From Ministeria vibrans ATCC 50519 (lineage: Eukaryota > Protista > Filasterea): a stretch of 60,283 nucleotides of DNA. Shown in pieces: positions 1-12,990 of the stretch; position 1 is the first letter of the stretch; each line of letters begins with the position of its first letter. A model generated the notes under the pieces. The model ran no database searches. It saw nothing but the letters and a program-made list of their open reading frames with translations, and was not told where the DNA came from. The DNA is taken from NCBI GenBank assembly GCA_943704425.1, contig CALSCP010000470.1:3178-63460 (forward strand). The letters are read 5' to 3'. Made by a program: the position numbers and the translations under genes.

Positions 1-39
<39 letters not shown>

Positions 40-290
40 GGAGAAAGAAACAAAGTGATAGAGAGAGAGAGAGGAGGGAGAAAGAAACAAAATGATAGAG
101 AGAGAGAGAGAAACAAAGTGATAGAGAGAAAAAAAGTGATAGAGAGAGAAACAAAGTGATAGAGAGAGAGAGAAACAAAGTGATAGAGAGAGAGAGAAAC
201 AAAGTGATAGAGAGAAAAAAAAAGTGATAGAGAGAGAAACAAAGTGATAGAGAAACAAAGTGATAGAGAGAGAGAGAGAAACAATGTGAA
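1..290. repeat. (AG)n microsatellite interspersed with repeated AAACAAAGTGATAG units (intronic)
   Basis: About 10 copies or variants of the motif are visible between AG runs. Confidence 0.9.
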
Positions 291-374
291 AGAGAAGAAA
301 TGTGAAAGAGAAGAAATGAAACGACATTAGTCCAAATCGCACACAATCGCAGAAAAAAGCCATAATTATATTAC

Positions 375-2240
375 CATTGGAATATGGTTTAACTGGTTTC
401 CTTCAACATTGAGCTCCTTGAGCTTTGTACACTGGCCCAGACTGGTCGGGAGCGCAGTGAGTTTGTTGTAGCGCAGTCCAATGAGACGCAGTGAGCCCCC
501 CAATTGCCCAATGTTGTCGGGAATCGACAGCAGTTCATTGTAGTCCAGCGACAGAGTCTGCAGTTTTGCACACTTTGTAATCGCTACACACACCGACACA
601 CACGCACACAGAATGGTTAAGCCAAACCCCAATAAGATTAATTGCACCGTACTGTCCGGTAATTGAGTGATCTTGTTCTGGACTGCGTCAAACACGAGCA
701 GATTCGTCAGACCCCCAATGTCGTCCGGAATCACCTCAATCTTGTTGTTTCTCACTCCAATCAGCGTCAGTGTCTAGTAGAATGTGGATGCTTAATAGAA
801 CAATTAATTTAATTTGGTACCTTTTGTTTGGCAATGATGGGATCGATCTCTGTCAGTTTGTTGAAATGAAGATAGAGCTTGGAAAGGCTGCGCAGCTCAA
901 AGATCACCTCAGGCACTACAGCAGTTCGCAACAAAAGGCAAATCAAAAAAGCAAAGGCGCCAACGGAATGAGTCGTGCACTGGTTCGTACCTGTCTTGAA
1001 ACGATTGTGTCTGAGGTCAAGCACAGCCAAGTCGCGCAGGTTCTCCATCTCTTTGGGCAGCTCGGAGATCTGGTTCTCGCTCAATGACAGATTGGTCATG
1101 TGCGACAGGCTTCCAATCTCCGGAGGAATCACCACAATGCGATTCTGATGCGCATACAGCTCCTGAAAATCAAAAGGCACAAAACGTCTTGTCAGACACA
1201 AACACTCAAACAACAGCAACCCACAAATGCCGTAATTGACACCAACAGGACACACCTCCCACCCCACAGACACACATGCACCCGACACACGCCCTGAGGA
1301 GACCCAAAAAAGAGGATAACAACAGAGAGAGAGAGAGAGAGAATTTTGCGACAGGTGCAAAGTGCAAAAACGCCACCAGAGACCTCATTGGAGGCCAGGC
1401 TGGACGCCAGACACCCTCCACAGCCTGGCCGTAACCACGACCACGCGCCCCAGCACAACATACTCAAACTCTCTCTCTCTCAAACTCTCATTCGATTTTT
1501 GCTTTTTTTTCTTCTGCGCTCTCTCTTCTCCCACATAGAGCGTATTTTGCTCATGCGTCAGCCCACCAGGGTCGCCACATGTGTGCCGGTGGCGATCGCA
1601 GTGCGCCGATGGCAACTTGAAAAGAATTCGAGGCAAAATGGGAAAACAATTCGAAAAAAAAAAAAAAAAAAAAAAAAAAACGAAACAGTAAAAATGGCGA
1701 AAGGAAAATCAAACAAAACCAATAAATAGACATCGTATCAATGGCAAATAGTGCATCGGACGGGTCGAGTGGAGGGAAGGGGTGCCCCCGATCAGCGAGG
1801 AGGAGGGAAAACAAGCAGAAACAACACAAAGAAGGGAAAACAGAGAAAAAAAAAAAAGAGAAAAAGAGAATGAGTGAAAATGCAATGCAATACAGAATGG
1901 AGAGCACAGGGAGGGGCACAGGTGGGCAGTAGTGAAGGTAATCGTGGGGCTGGGCGGGGTGGGGGCGCGGGAGAGAGCGAGAGAGAGAGAGAGAGAGAGC
2001 GAAAAAACAAAACATCGCAACAAAAGGTTGTCACAATTTGGAGGAAAAGAAAAAACGGAAGAAGAACTCAAAACTCACTTTGAGCGACTGGAGCTGGCCG
2101 AGAACGCTGGGGAGGGCAATCATATCAAGGCCAGAGAGGTCTAGATGCTGTGCCTTGCGGCTGTGGGCGTCCTCAATGCGCGTGGCGACCTCCTGAGGCA
2201 GACCAACGACGTTGAGCTTCTTTTTGCCACTCTTCGACAT
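375..2240 (-). CDS. SHOC2: Leucine-rich repeat protein SHOC2/SUR-8-like (5' part; multi-exon, continues beyond the left edge of the window)
   Basis: ATG at 2240 (MSKSGKKKLN...HLDLSGLDMIALPSVLGQLQSLK), GT donor near 2078. Later exons read ELYAHQNRIVVIPPEIGSL..LSLSENQISELP..VLDLRHN, KLYLHFNKL, LSLDYNELLSIPDNIGQL..IGLRYNKLTALPTSLGQC..ELNVEGNQL. This order of LRR signatures follows SHOC2 as I recall it. Confidence 0.75.
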
Positions 2241-2494
2241 GTGAGGGGGAGATGGAGGGGGGAAGGGGCCTGGAGGGGGGGAGGGAGGCTGGTTGGAAGA
2301 GGTGGGGGAGAGAGAGAGGAGCGCGTTGGAGTGGGGGACACAGAAAAGGCTGAAGTATCAAATAATCCAAATTCCAAAGATGAATGATCAATGAATGAAC
2401 GATCAAAGAGTAATATTCTAATAGTTCCGTTGTAGACTTAAAGATTAGAGAGTCTTGATTTTAACTCGAGAATATCTTGACGCTGATATTACAC

Positions 2495-2541
<47 letters not shown>

Positions 2542-2552
2542 AACAAAGTGAT

Positions 2553-2641
<89 letters not shown>

Positions 2642-2732
2642 TTTGCACACTGATCCTTGTTCCTCCCGGCTCCCTGCAGTCCACCAGCATCCGACGCTCC
2701 CCATGTGTTCCCCAGGTAGACACGATCATGAT

Positions 2733-5700
2733 TTACACACATCGACAACAGTCGGCCTTGGCACCGGGATGCTCGCAGTAGCCAGCGCCATGTCCAGCCT
2801 GCACACACGCATCGACACAGCCATTGGGCGCACACGAGGCACACGACGGCGACGGTGGCACTGGTTCGCACACACAGCACTTGGCAGGATCTCGACTGCC
2901 TGGTTGAGCGCAGAAGCCGCGTTGAGGCGCGCAGGCAAAGTCACAAGAGTTGAGGGCGCATTGCGAACAGTCGCTGGCCTCGCCCACAGTCACGTTGGAC
3001 CGGTACAGTGACCACGCGCCCCACTTGGCCTCGTACGAACTTCCGTACAAGGCAAACGTGTCGCCGGCAAACGACCCATCAGCGAGTCCCACCAGCCCCG
3101 GATTGTTGTTGCTCACGCCCGCCACCGTCGCATTTACGAGTGGATTCGTGGCAATCGCATGCGACGCATTCCACGGCTGCCAGTGCGCTCCTTCGTCGCC
3201 CGAGACGCTCCAGGTGAGATCGGTTGAGCCCACATCACCTTGCACGAGAAACAGGTCGCCGGTGCGTCGGTTGCGTTTCACATCGACATCACGTTGACTC
3301 AGCACAAAGGTCGACGAAGAACTCGCGGAAAAGTGCACTCCATCGGCAGAGCGAGCAAGCAGCACGCGACCTGGATTGGGCGCAGAGCGGTCGGAAGGAA
3401 ACACGGAGGAGTAGAAGAGGAGCACTTGCGTGCCATCAACATTGGTGACGGCCGACGGCTGACCAAGACAGTAGGCGAGCGACGCATTGCTCGGGCACGA
3501 CAGGTCCTGCAGCACGGGCTTGTCCAGGTGGCGCCAGGGCCCGTACGGACTGTCGGCGAGCGCCAGACAAATGCGATTGTTGCGGTAGTCGTCAGGAGGT
3601 GAGTCGACATTAATGCAGGTGTGGTAGAGATAGTAGACGCCGCGGAAGAGCACGACAGACGGATCGCACACGGAGGACGTGTCGTATTTGGTACCGGGGG
3701 ACAAAGCAATGTCGGGTTGACTCCAAACAGAGCCGTCGGTGCTGGTGGCGTGGCGGATAACATCCCAGGCGCCGTGTGAGCCGGGCGAGCAATACCACAT
3801 GTGGTACGTGCGCGAGGGACTGTCAAGCACAATGGTCGGGCCATAGGCATACGGAGGAGGCGAGGTAAGATCCGTGAAGCCCACGGGAGCCGACAAGACG
3901 TTTGGAAGGTCAATTGACGACGGCGAGAGGTGCAGGGAGTGAGTGGAGGCACGCGGGACACGCGGCAAGTCAAGCGTACGATCAAGAGAATCGAGAGAAA
4001 GAGGGTGGAGAGTGCGCGCTTCTTCCGCACGCACTTCGACGGACAAGTTGCTCTGAGGCAGAGGTCCAATTTTCGATTGCAACTGACTGAGACTGACCGT
4101 ATAGCAAGTCGTATTCGTGATATTGGAGACAATCACACGATCATTGAGGCGAAGTGTGACAGGCGCACTCGCTGCCTGTGCACCAAACATGTTCCAGCGC
4201 ACAGTGAGCAGATAGGACGGAAGAGTGGCATTCACGAGAGGCTCTGTGAGCACGACAAGTGTTGAGGTGACGTCGGTGCCCCTGAGAATTTGAAGGGCCG
4301 CTGAGAAAAGATTGAGAGGGAAGAAGCCATAACCACCGCAGGAGCGACGTTGATTGGGCCGCAAGACAGCACATTCAGTGAGTGAAGTTGGCTCAAGATC
4401 ATTCGAGAGCGACATGTTATACGAGTCAGTGTAGATAGTGCCTGGAGGACCATTGGACTGTCCTTGAAACTCATTCCACTGACACACGATGAGAAAGTGC
4501 AATGTGGTGTTGGGTCCGGAGAACCACCGAGAGCGCATTTCAACAAAAGAGCGAGCCCATCGCATTTCCTCCACCAAAGTGCCCCCGCCATTGAACGCAC
4601 TCGCGCCCAATCCAGTCCAACCAGTGCCTTGAAAGAACGCCGGTGTGACCGTCACTGCCTCAATGGCCCCCGTCTGCGCATTCGTGGCGGGCACAGGCTG
4701 CAGTGTGCCGTCCATCCATGAGTAGTATGTGTCGTTGAGGGCCCATGACGGGTTGTTCTGCAGCTACATTTGCCAAAAAAAAATATAATTATAATAATAA
4801 TAATAATTATAATAATATTAGTAAAAATTTGACACAAACAATAAAATAATACTAATAATAATATTGTCTGTCTTGTTACTTGGGTGGACATGAAACGGAG
4901 AGTGAACTGCGGTGCGACAATAGGCGCAAACTTTGACTGCTCGTGGCCCGAGTCAAGCACAACAATGAGTGGTTTTTCGTGAAACACGACCCAACGCGCG
5001 TGGGAGAGTCGCTCAAGATAGTTTTGAACAATCCACTCAATCTGCTCGTTCATCGCCACAATGGGTGTCACGGGGCCATTGTCGAGGCCCAAAAGAAGCG
5101 CTACCTGAGGTGGTGTGGGTGTGCTGTTAGTGCCTTCGCGTGCCAATGCTTCGTATGTGTTGAGCAGGAACGTTGTGCCGTTGATGACTCCTTGAGACGT
5201 CGCGCCACTTGATGCAAAAGCGAACGATTAGTCGTCACACTCGACACTCGACACTCAACACACCACTTACCGATCGGCCCAGTGTGGAGTATCCCAAAGG
5301 TTGTTGGTCCAGTCGACCAGAAGAGCGTCAACTCCGGTGTCGTAGAACCAAATACTGTGTTGACGCACTATTTTCGCGTCGAACGAACAGTATCGACCGA
5401 GAATCGGAATGCCCTGTGCATTGTTCCAGCGGTCGTTGGGCACTTGAAACCACGGCTCAAATTCCATCAGGACCACGGGAGCGACGGGTTTGCGCGGAGG
5501 AAACGCGCGAGACGCCACAGTGAGGTGGAGCGCGTTGGAAAGGGCCACCGTCAAGTTCGCCTCCAGCGCTGCACCGACCGGATAGCCCGGTCCGCAGGGC
5601 CCACGGGGGTCGCTGGTAAGTAGAGCTACAACAATGCGGGCATCGCCAGACACGGGAAGCGGTAGGAGAAGCGTACAGCGCGCAGTGGTGGCGGCAAGCG

Positions 5701-5982
5701 AGCACGGCGACGCCCACTGCGTTTCGTTGACAAATGCCCATGCACGCGCACCTGCTTGCGCAACACTCCCCTGCACTGCAATACGGGCAGTGTCTCCAGT
5801 CTCGACACGCGACGGCGTTGTGTTTTCAATCACAAGGGAGTGTACACTGGCGATCGGAAGAAGAGCCACAACCGCAAATGTCAACAAAGCCCTATACGCG
5901 ACAACAAGAATACAAAGTGTCAAAAGAACCCCAACCCAAGGACCACACACAATTACGAAACATACATTCTCACAATCGTCAT
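2733..5982 (-). CDS. Secreted multi-domain glycoside hydrolase: GH99-like TIM-barrel + five-bladed beta-propeller (GH43-like) + Cys-rich C-terminus
   Basis: ATG 5982 with an intron at about 5965-5892 gives a signal peptide MTIVRMALLTFAVVALLPIASVHS. GH99-like motifs: PILGRYCSFD..IVRQHSIWFYDTGVDALLVDW and QWNEFQGQ..NDLEP. Propeller motifs: YAYGPTIV..YHMWYCS..DVIRHATSTDG..WS, VCDPSVVLFRGVYYLYHT, LALADSPYGPW. The C-terminus has CxxC repeats. Confidence 0.65.
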
Positions 5983-6178
5983 CTTGAGCAGAAAAGAATA
6001 ATTATTATTATCAATCAATTTCTTTTGTATTGTTTTGTATGTTACTCTTAACTCTTCATTGTACCTTTATAATGATAACTTTGTTGGTAAATAGATATGT
6101 CTTTGGGGCTGGCTTATATCAGGAGTTTATTATTTATTTTGAATAAAATTAGAATAGTATTATGTTATTGCTACAATT

Positions 6179-6276
<98 letters not shown>

Positions 6277-6297
6277 ATTATGCTATTTTCCGGATCA

Positions 6298-7628
6298 TCA
6301 CAGAACCGACTCGTGAGAAGGCACGTCGAGCATGAAAGAGGCAGGGCCACTGTCATTGACTGTACTGCTATCGTCGGTGGGTGCGCCCCCTGAGCTGTTG
6401 GCCGAATCTTCGCCATTGTGGACAATCACTGAGCCTGTGTCGGAGGCCATGCGATGCAGATTCGCCCTGGGCTCCTCAGTACTGCTCATTGACTCGCGCG
6501 ACAAAGGTCGTTCACTCTCAAGTGGCTGCAGCGGCTTCAAATCGACAGCGTCGTCCGTCGTCTCGTCGTCAATGTCGTCCATGGCCTTCTCGACAAGCTC
6601 ACGCGCGAGTATTTGCTCCTGATGCTGCTTTTCATACATGGACGCAGAAGAGGCGCGTCGTTCGCTCGTGCTCTTGCGCGACCCACCAAACGCTCGCACG
6701 CGACGGAAAAAGCCCCCGCCAGAGGAGCCCCCGGGACTCGACAGCTGAGGATCGTCGCGCGACGAATTGTCTGAGGAGCCCACGCCATCAAAACTTGTAC
6801 TGTTCGTCGACTGCTGCTGGTGCTGGTCCTTGTGCTTACCACCACCGCCACCACCACCGCTGCCAAACTTGCGTCGAATGCTGTTACGCCATCCACCTCC
6901 GCTACTGGCACGCCCAGGCGACTCACTACTACTGCTCATGTCAATCACCACAAGACCCCCTGCGTCGGTGGCGGCGCGAGCAGCAACCGGCGACGACCCA
7001 CTCGATGGATTGCTGCCTTCACTGCCGCGACGACGCGCCTTCTGCGTTTGCTTGCGCTCCGTTAGATTCTCCATTTCGAGCCGTTCCTTGTCCTCCTGCT
7101 CCTCTAGTTGTGCTGCAGTTGACAGGCGCTTCTGTAGTTCCTGTTGCTTGCGTGCTGCTTGCCGTTGTTGCATCGCCAGACGGCGCTTCTCAAGCGGGTT
7201 GTAGCGTTCGCCGTCCTGCGCATGGCCCACTGATCCTTGGCCAATGTACTTCTCTTCAATAAGCTCACGCACCGCCTGTGACTTCTCGTTGGCCACGTTA
7301 AGAACTTCCTCCGAGTTACACTTCTCCTCCTCCTTCTCAATGGTCGCCGACGAGAACGACACCATCATCTTCTTGCGTCGCTTTTTCTCCGCCAGCTTGT
7401 TCACCATGGCACTGCTCGCCGGTTGGGCCGTCAGCGGAGGTGGCGATCGCTTGGGATAGTTAGCAATGTCACGCTCGGCAGCCGCTGCAGCTGCCGAAGC
7501 TGCGGCCGCATCGATGGCTACAGCGACCGCCTCAGAAGGCACAGTAATAGGGTAGGCAGGTGGTGGTCCCACAACAGCGGCAGTGGGTACATCTTCAGCA
7601 TCACCCTGTTCCTGCTCCTGCACCTGCA

Positions 7629-7685
<57 letters not shown>

Positions 7686-10600
7686 CCGTCTCTTCCGTCG
7701 CCGCTGCCACCGCCGTCTCCTTCGCCTCCACACCACCACCATTTCGGCCATCTTCATCCCCTTTTGCATCCGTATCGTCGTGTGATGACGACTCCTTGTG
7801 CTTCACTTCAATCGAATTGGCGGACGTTGTGCGATGCTTTTGCACCACTTCTTGCAGTTGAGAATTGGCATGCTCCAGCTCGTGCACACGTTCTAGAAGC
7901 GCCTCGCGTTCCTTGCGCATCATGGCCGCTGACGAGTCGGGTTTGGCCGAGAGCTCCTCGAGACTACGCAGAATGCGACGCTCACGAGTGCCCTGCAAAC
8001 GACGCGCAAGCGCAGAGGCGTTGTGACGGCGAAACAGCTCAAAGTGTGTGCAGGTGGTGAGATCGTGAAGAGCGTGTACATGCGAGACGAGCAGAAAGCG
8101 CTGTAGCGCATGGAGGTCATCAAGACGGTCGCGCTGGAGGACAGGATTTGCCGCTTCGTCGAGCTCGTTGACCGTATCAAAGAGATCCGTCTCGTCGTTG
8201 TCGACCACGAGACACATGGGCATGGCGGGCGTCTCGACGAGATGGCGCGAAGACGGCGAGATGTCGCCCTGTGGGAAACGGTACGTGCGCAGCCCATTGG
8301 CAACAAGGTCACTTGAGACAAACTGTTTTAACACCTACAAGAGGATAGAAAGCATGTGTAATGTGAGTGTGTGTGTGTGTGTGAGTAAGTTGGAAAGGGA
8401 GAAAGAGGGCATTGGTCAAGGGAGGTGTACGTTAAGTTCAAGTTGCGGCATTGGACCGGCGCGCAAGAGAATTGGAATGATGTTCGAGTGCATCTGGAGA
8501 CGACCAATCATCTCAAGGTCGCGCTTGGTAACGCCCACAGCCATGTCGATAAGCACAAGGCACGCGTGAATGCAAGGGTCTTCGCGTTGGTGCGATGCGC
8601 GGTCGCGCGACTTGTCAAAAAGATCAACAAACTTGTGATTAAGGCGCTCGCCCATTTTGTGATTGATGTAGTTGACCAGCTCAATCCATTCGTGGGCGTT
8701 CTCGTCGCCATCGCTGTTTGTGTTGCTGTCGGTGTTACTATTGGGCGCGGTGTTTGTGCTGTTGGTGTTGACGTTGCTTGTTGGGAAGGCATCAAAGGAA
8801 GGTGTTTGGGGTGTCGACTGGGTCTTCTCGTTGGTTGTTGTTGTTGCTGCTGCTGTTGTTGTTGTTGTTGTTGTCGTCGTTGCTGTTGTTGCTGTTGCTG
8901 CCGATGTTGATGATGTTGTTGATGAAGAATGAGAAGGGGACCTAATGTCGGTAGCGGTGCGCCCTCCTTGGGAGTTGTAGCCCTTGGCATGGGCAATGTT
9001 GACGACAAGATTGAGAGCACCGGCGCTCGAGAGACGGTATGTTTCCGTCTTGGCAACGCCAGGAAAGTTGGGGCAGGGCAAGATGGAGGTAGGCTCGGTG
9101 CGGCCCATGAGACGGGCAACAACACGGTCAGTGTCAACGTGACGCGAGCCAACAATAAGCAGGTTGAGTTTAAAGCCGTCGCGCCACGCCTGCTCACAGA
9201 CGATGCCTGGGAGGTCTTGCAGGCCCAACTGCGATGCCATATTGCCGGCAATGTGGATTTCTTCGGCGCCGCGCGAGAACATGGCCTGGACTGAGCGGGC
9301 GTCGGTGCCAGTGGCAACGGCAGCAAGGAGTGCATCGTAGGCGGGGTCGTCAAGGCCAATGTCGTAGCCGGACGACGTTAAGAAGCTGCTGCCGGGCGAC
9401 AAGGTCAGGAGATGCTGGTCGCTTGAGGACGACTCCAGGGACGACTGGTGGCGCACGTAGACACGACCCGACGAGTCCGTACTGAAGCTGGTGCGTGTGC
9501 TGCGGCCCGGGTTGATCGGGCTGCTCGCAGAGAGAGCCACGACGCTGTTGCCGACGCCAGAAGTGACGGATGCAGCGGCATCGGCAGCGGCGAGACTGGA
9601 AATATTGGTGGCACTCGATGCCTTTACCTTGAGACTGCGTGATGGGGTTGAGGTGGACGCGGGGGAGGCGAGTGTAGCTGTTGAGACTGCAGTAGGGGCA
9701 ACGAGGATGGCGGGAGGAAGCGTGGTGTTTGAAGTGGTGTCTTTGAGAGTGTCGTCTGAGTTTGGGGCGCCAAAGCGGCCGATGCGTGTGGAGTTGCTGT
9801 CGACGCTGCGCTTGGAGACGGTCTTGAGGGAGGCGGTGATAGCGGCGGAGGAAGGGCGCATGGGCCGTGGGGAGCCAGAGGGCGAGCGAGGCACAACAGC
9901 ACCGTCGCCACTGCCACCGGAGGGCGGAAAGACCGAGTGAAGCTGCGCTGAGTTGGCACTGCGTCGTCGTGTGGGCGAATCGATGGGGAATGTGGCGCGA
10001 TGCGACGGAGGGGTGCTAGTGGTGGTGGACCCGGCGCGTTTGCGTGTCGAGACGGGCGACTTTGGTTCTCCCATTGAGTTCCCTGCCAAGACAGATGTCT
10101 CTGCTCCTTCCACCTTTGCCGTTTCCTTCTTCGTATCTGGTGCCTTCTTTTTTGCGTCTTCCACTTCCTTTTTCTTTGCCTCTTCCTTTCTCGCTTCTGC
10201 TTCTTCAGTCGCCTTCTTCTTCGCTTCTTCTTCAGTCGCCTTCTTCTTCGCTTCCTCTTCAGCTTGCTTCTTCTTCGCTTCCTCTTCAGCTTGCTTCTTC
10301 TTCGCTTCCTCTTCAGCTTGCTTCTTCTTCGCTTCCTCTTCAGCTTGCTTCTTCTTCGCTTCTTCTTCAGCTTGCTTCTTCTTCGCTTCTTCTTCAGTCG
10401 CCTTCTTCTTCGCTTCCTCTTCAGCTTGCTTCTTCTTCGCTTGTTCTTCAGTCGCCTTCTTCTTCGCTTCTTCTTCAGCTTGCTTCTTATTCGCTTCCTC
10501 TTCTTCAGTCGCCTTCTTCTTCGCTTCTTCTTCAGCCTGCTTCTTCTTATTCGCCTTCTCGTCATGCACGTCCTTTTTCACCTTGTCGGAGAGAGACTTG

Positions 10601-11244
10601 TCGGCAGGCGGCTGTTTGACCGGCTTCTTCTTGCGCATGGAGGCGGGCGAGGTGGTCTTTGGCGCAAGCATTTCGTTGGACGATCGTGTTTGCAGCGATC
10701 CGAGAGTCGACGGAAGAAGGTCTTCGGCACTAGCGGCGACGGGTACACGCGCCACGGGCGGGGCATAGAAGACGGTTTTCGTGCGAGTGGACGGCGAGCG
10801 CGCGAGGCCCGGGGCGCCTGAGGCGGCAGAGGCGGATGCCGCGCGAACAACGGCGGTTTTTGGAGTTAGAGCGGTCGCTGTTGTCGTCGTTGTCGTCGTC
10901 GTTGCGACTGAATCGGCAGCGGTGTCCGCCGGGAGCGGCGTGTCCGACGCCTCCGTGGTCCCGTTGGTGCTGGGTACTGCGGCGCTGGCGCTCTCTGAGG
11001 TTGTGGCAGTTTTTGAAGTCGTCACGGATTTTTCGTCAGCGTCATCGTCGCTGCTAGCGGCCTTTGACTCCTCGGTGACCTCCTGCGGCACATCCTGGGT
11101 GACTTTGCGAGAGGTGCTGACGAGTTTGCTGATGGCTTCGCGCGATTGGCGACGCGCGAGCAATCGCTGTTCGCGCGCCAACCTACGCGCTTCGGCGCGC
11201 GCTGCAATGCTCTGGTCCGCCGTGGATTCCGCCGTCCCGCTCAT
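6298..11244 (-). CDS. Large septin-like protein (~1,600 aa) with degenerate GTPase motifs and long low-complexity N- and C-terminal extensions
   Basis: Two exons (11244-8431, 8334-6298) join in frame across a GT-AG intron 8430-8335. Septin-like segments: GFKLNLLIVGS, REDPCIHACLVLI, RDLEMIGRLQMHSNIIPILLRAG, LQRFLLVSHVHALHDLT..THFELFR, followed by a coiled coil. Confidence 0.7.
10200..10560 (-). repeat. 27-bp coding tandem repeat (EEEAKKKQA / EEEAKKKAT)
   Basis: About 12 units visible in the DNA and in the translation. Confidence 0.9.
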
Positions 11245-11488
11245 GTCTCAAGAGTGGGCAGGCGTACAGCGTCAGAGAGAGAGAGAAAAAAAATTTAATA
11301 AAAATATTATTATTTTGGTATTATTACAAGTTTGTTTGTTTACGGCAGAAGGATTGAGCTGCTCTTTGGCCTTTGCTTTGTATATAGTCGTGTTTTGACA
11401 TTGAGTCCCACTCTTGATTCTTTATTTATTTTTCTTCTCATTTGGATATTTTTATTATTGTCTTAAGCCTCATATAAATGGAAATGTC

Positions 11489-11489
<1 letters not shown>

Positions 11490-11568
<79 letters not shown>
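11490..11568. repeat. (AAT)n microsatellite
   Basis: Perfect trinucleotide run. Confidence 0.95.
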
Positions 11569-11570
<2 letters not shown>

Positions 11571-11790
11571 TCATTTAAATGTCTACTAATGTTAATGATG
11601 AATGATGATTTCCAGAAAAAATAAATGCCTTTTTAGATTATTTATTAGTTTTGTTGCGAAAGGGAAAAGTAAACAATGTACACGGAAGAAAAACGTAGAA
11701 AACCAGAAGAGAGAAAGAGAGAGGGAGAGAACCACCACGCAAACACGCGCACCTCATTGAAGATCATGCCACATACGACTCTGGCCCAGC

Positions 11791-12546
11791 TTAGAGCGAA
11801 GCCCACCGAAGACGCTGAGTGAGCTCCTGCTCGAGCCACACGAGACGTTCAGAGGTCAGGTGTGCCTGAGCGAGGCGCTGTTTCAGGGCGTCTTTACGAC
11901 GCGATGCGAGAGTCTGGCGCTGCTTGAGAGACTGGACGGATGCCAGTTTCCGAGCACGAGACCGCTTTGTCGCATCTCTTCGGTCGGCCACACTGCTGTT
12001 GCTGTTGGTGGCACAAGACGCACGAGCAGTCACGACAGAGGCGGGGGCGAGGGTGGGGGCGGCAATGGACGGGACCACTCCGACGGTGGCTTCGGGGCCA
12101 CTCGACGTCGTGTCACTGCTGCCCGTGCTGCTTGCGCTGCTAATGCGGCGACTGGCAGCGGTAGTCGTCGTCGTGGGGACCGGGACGAGATCGAAGCCAT
12201 CGAAGAAACTGTCAAGGAAATCGTCGTCGTCGTCGTCGTCAGCCGACGGTGGACACGTGGACGCAGGGGCAGATGTGGGCGTCGCATCGTCAATGGGCAC
12301 AGCAGCAGTGAACCCTTCGAGGAGCGTGTCAATGTCGATGTCGGTCATTGCAACTATTGTCGTGTCGCAAACGGCAGCGGCAGCGGCAGCGGCAGCGGTG
12401 GTGGTGGTGGTGGCGGTGGTGGTGGTGGTCGCGCGGCAGTCGGACACACTAGCGATGGTGTTTGCTGTATCGTGTGTCGTCACGCTGGTGGCATCGTAGG
12501 CAAGGACAGCGTCAATGAAGTCGATGTCGTTCATCAAGAGCTCCAT
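11791..12546 (-). CDS. bZIP transcription factor, GCN4-like basic region (atypical)
   Basis: ATG 12546 (MELLMNDIDF). Acidic/hydrophobic activation-type patches (DDDDFLDSFFDGFDL). C-terminal RRDATKRSRARKL followed by leucine heptads. Confidence 0.6.
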   Translation of the reverse strand: MELLMNDIDFIDAVLAYDATSVTTHDTANTIASVSDCRATTTTTATTTTTAAAAAAAAVCDTTIVAMTDIDIDTLLEGFTAAVPIDDATPTSAPASTCPPSADDDDDDDFLDSFFDGFDLVPVPTTTTTAASRRISSASSTGSSDTTSSGPEATVGVVPSIAAPTLAPASVVTARASCATNSNSSVADRRDATKRSRARKLASVQSLKQRQTLASRRKDALKQRLAQAHLTSERLVWLEQELTQRLRWASL

Positions 12547-12829
12547 TTTGCAGGCGGAGCAAGTGTGTGGTGTGTGTGTGTGTCGGATCGGTCGACAAGA
12601 AATGTGCACACGAGACGGATTGGTCTGTGTGTGTTTGCGCACAAGTAGGTATGTCAGAGAAGAAGGAACAAACAGATTCCCCCAAATCCAACACACAAAT
12701 GCAAAAGGTTAGAAGTCGCAGAGAGAACGAGAAAGAGACAAGGAGGCAGAGAGAGAGAGCGTAAAAGGGTCCCCGAGTCGTTCGTTGAAGCAGCAGTAGT
12801 CGTAGTAAGGAGAAGGCCAATGTCACAAA

Positions 12830-12990
12830 AAGGCCCCCCTTGTAGTAGTCGCAGTAGAAGTAGTCGCAGAAAAGGGATGGTAAAGAAAGTCCCCCCCTTC
12901 AAGTCGCAGTAGTAGTCGTATTAGAAAAGGGATGGTAAAGAAAGTCCCCCCCCTTCAAGTCGCAGTAGTAGTCGTAGTAGTCGTAGCAGT
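12830..12990. repeat. ~56-bp direct repeat upstream of the bZIP gene
   Basis: AAAGGGATGGTAAAGAAAGTCCCCCCCTTCAAGTCGCAGTAGTAGTCGTA occurs at ~12871 and ~12927, with a degenerate copy before them. Confidence 0.85.

Noticed and set aside
12830-12990. CRISPR-like array (also considered for 54620-55125 and 59404-59461)
   Set aside because: Only 2-4 tandem or degenerate units, no unique spacers, no cas genes, eukaryotic context.
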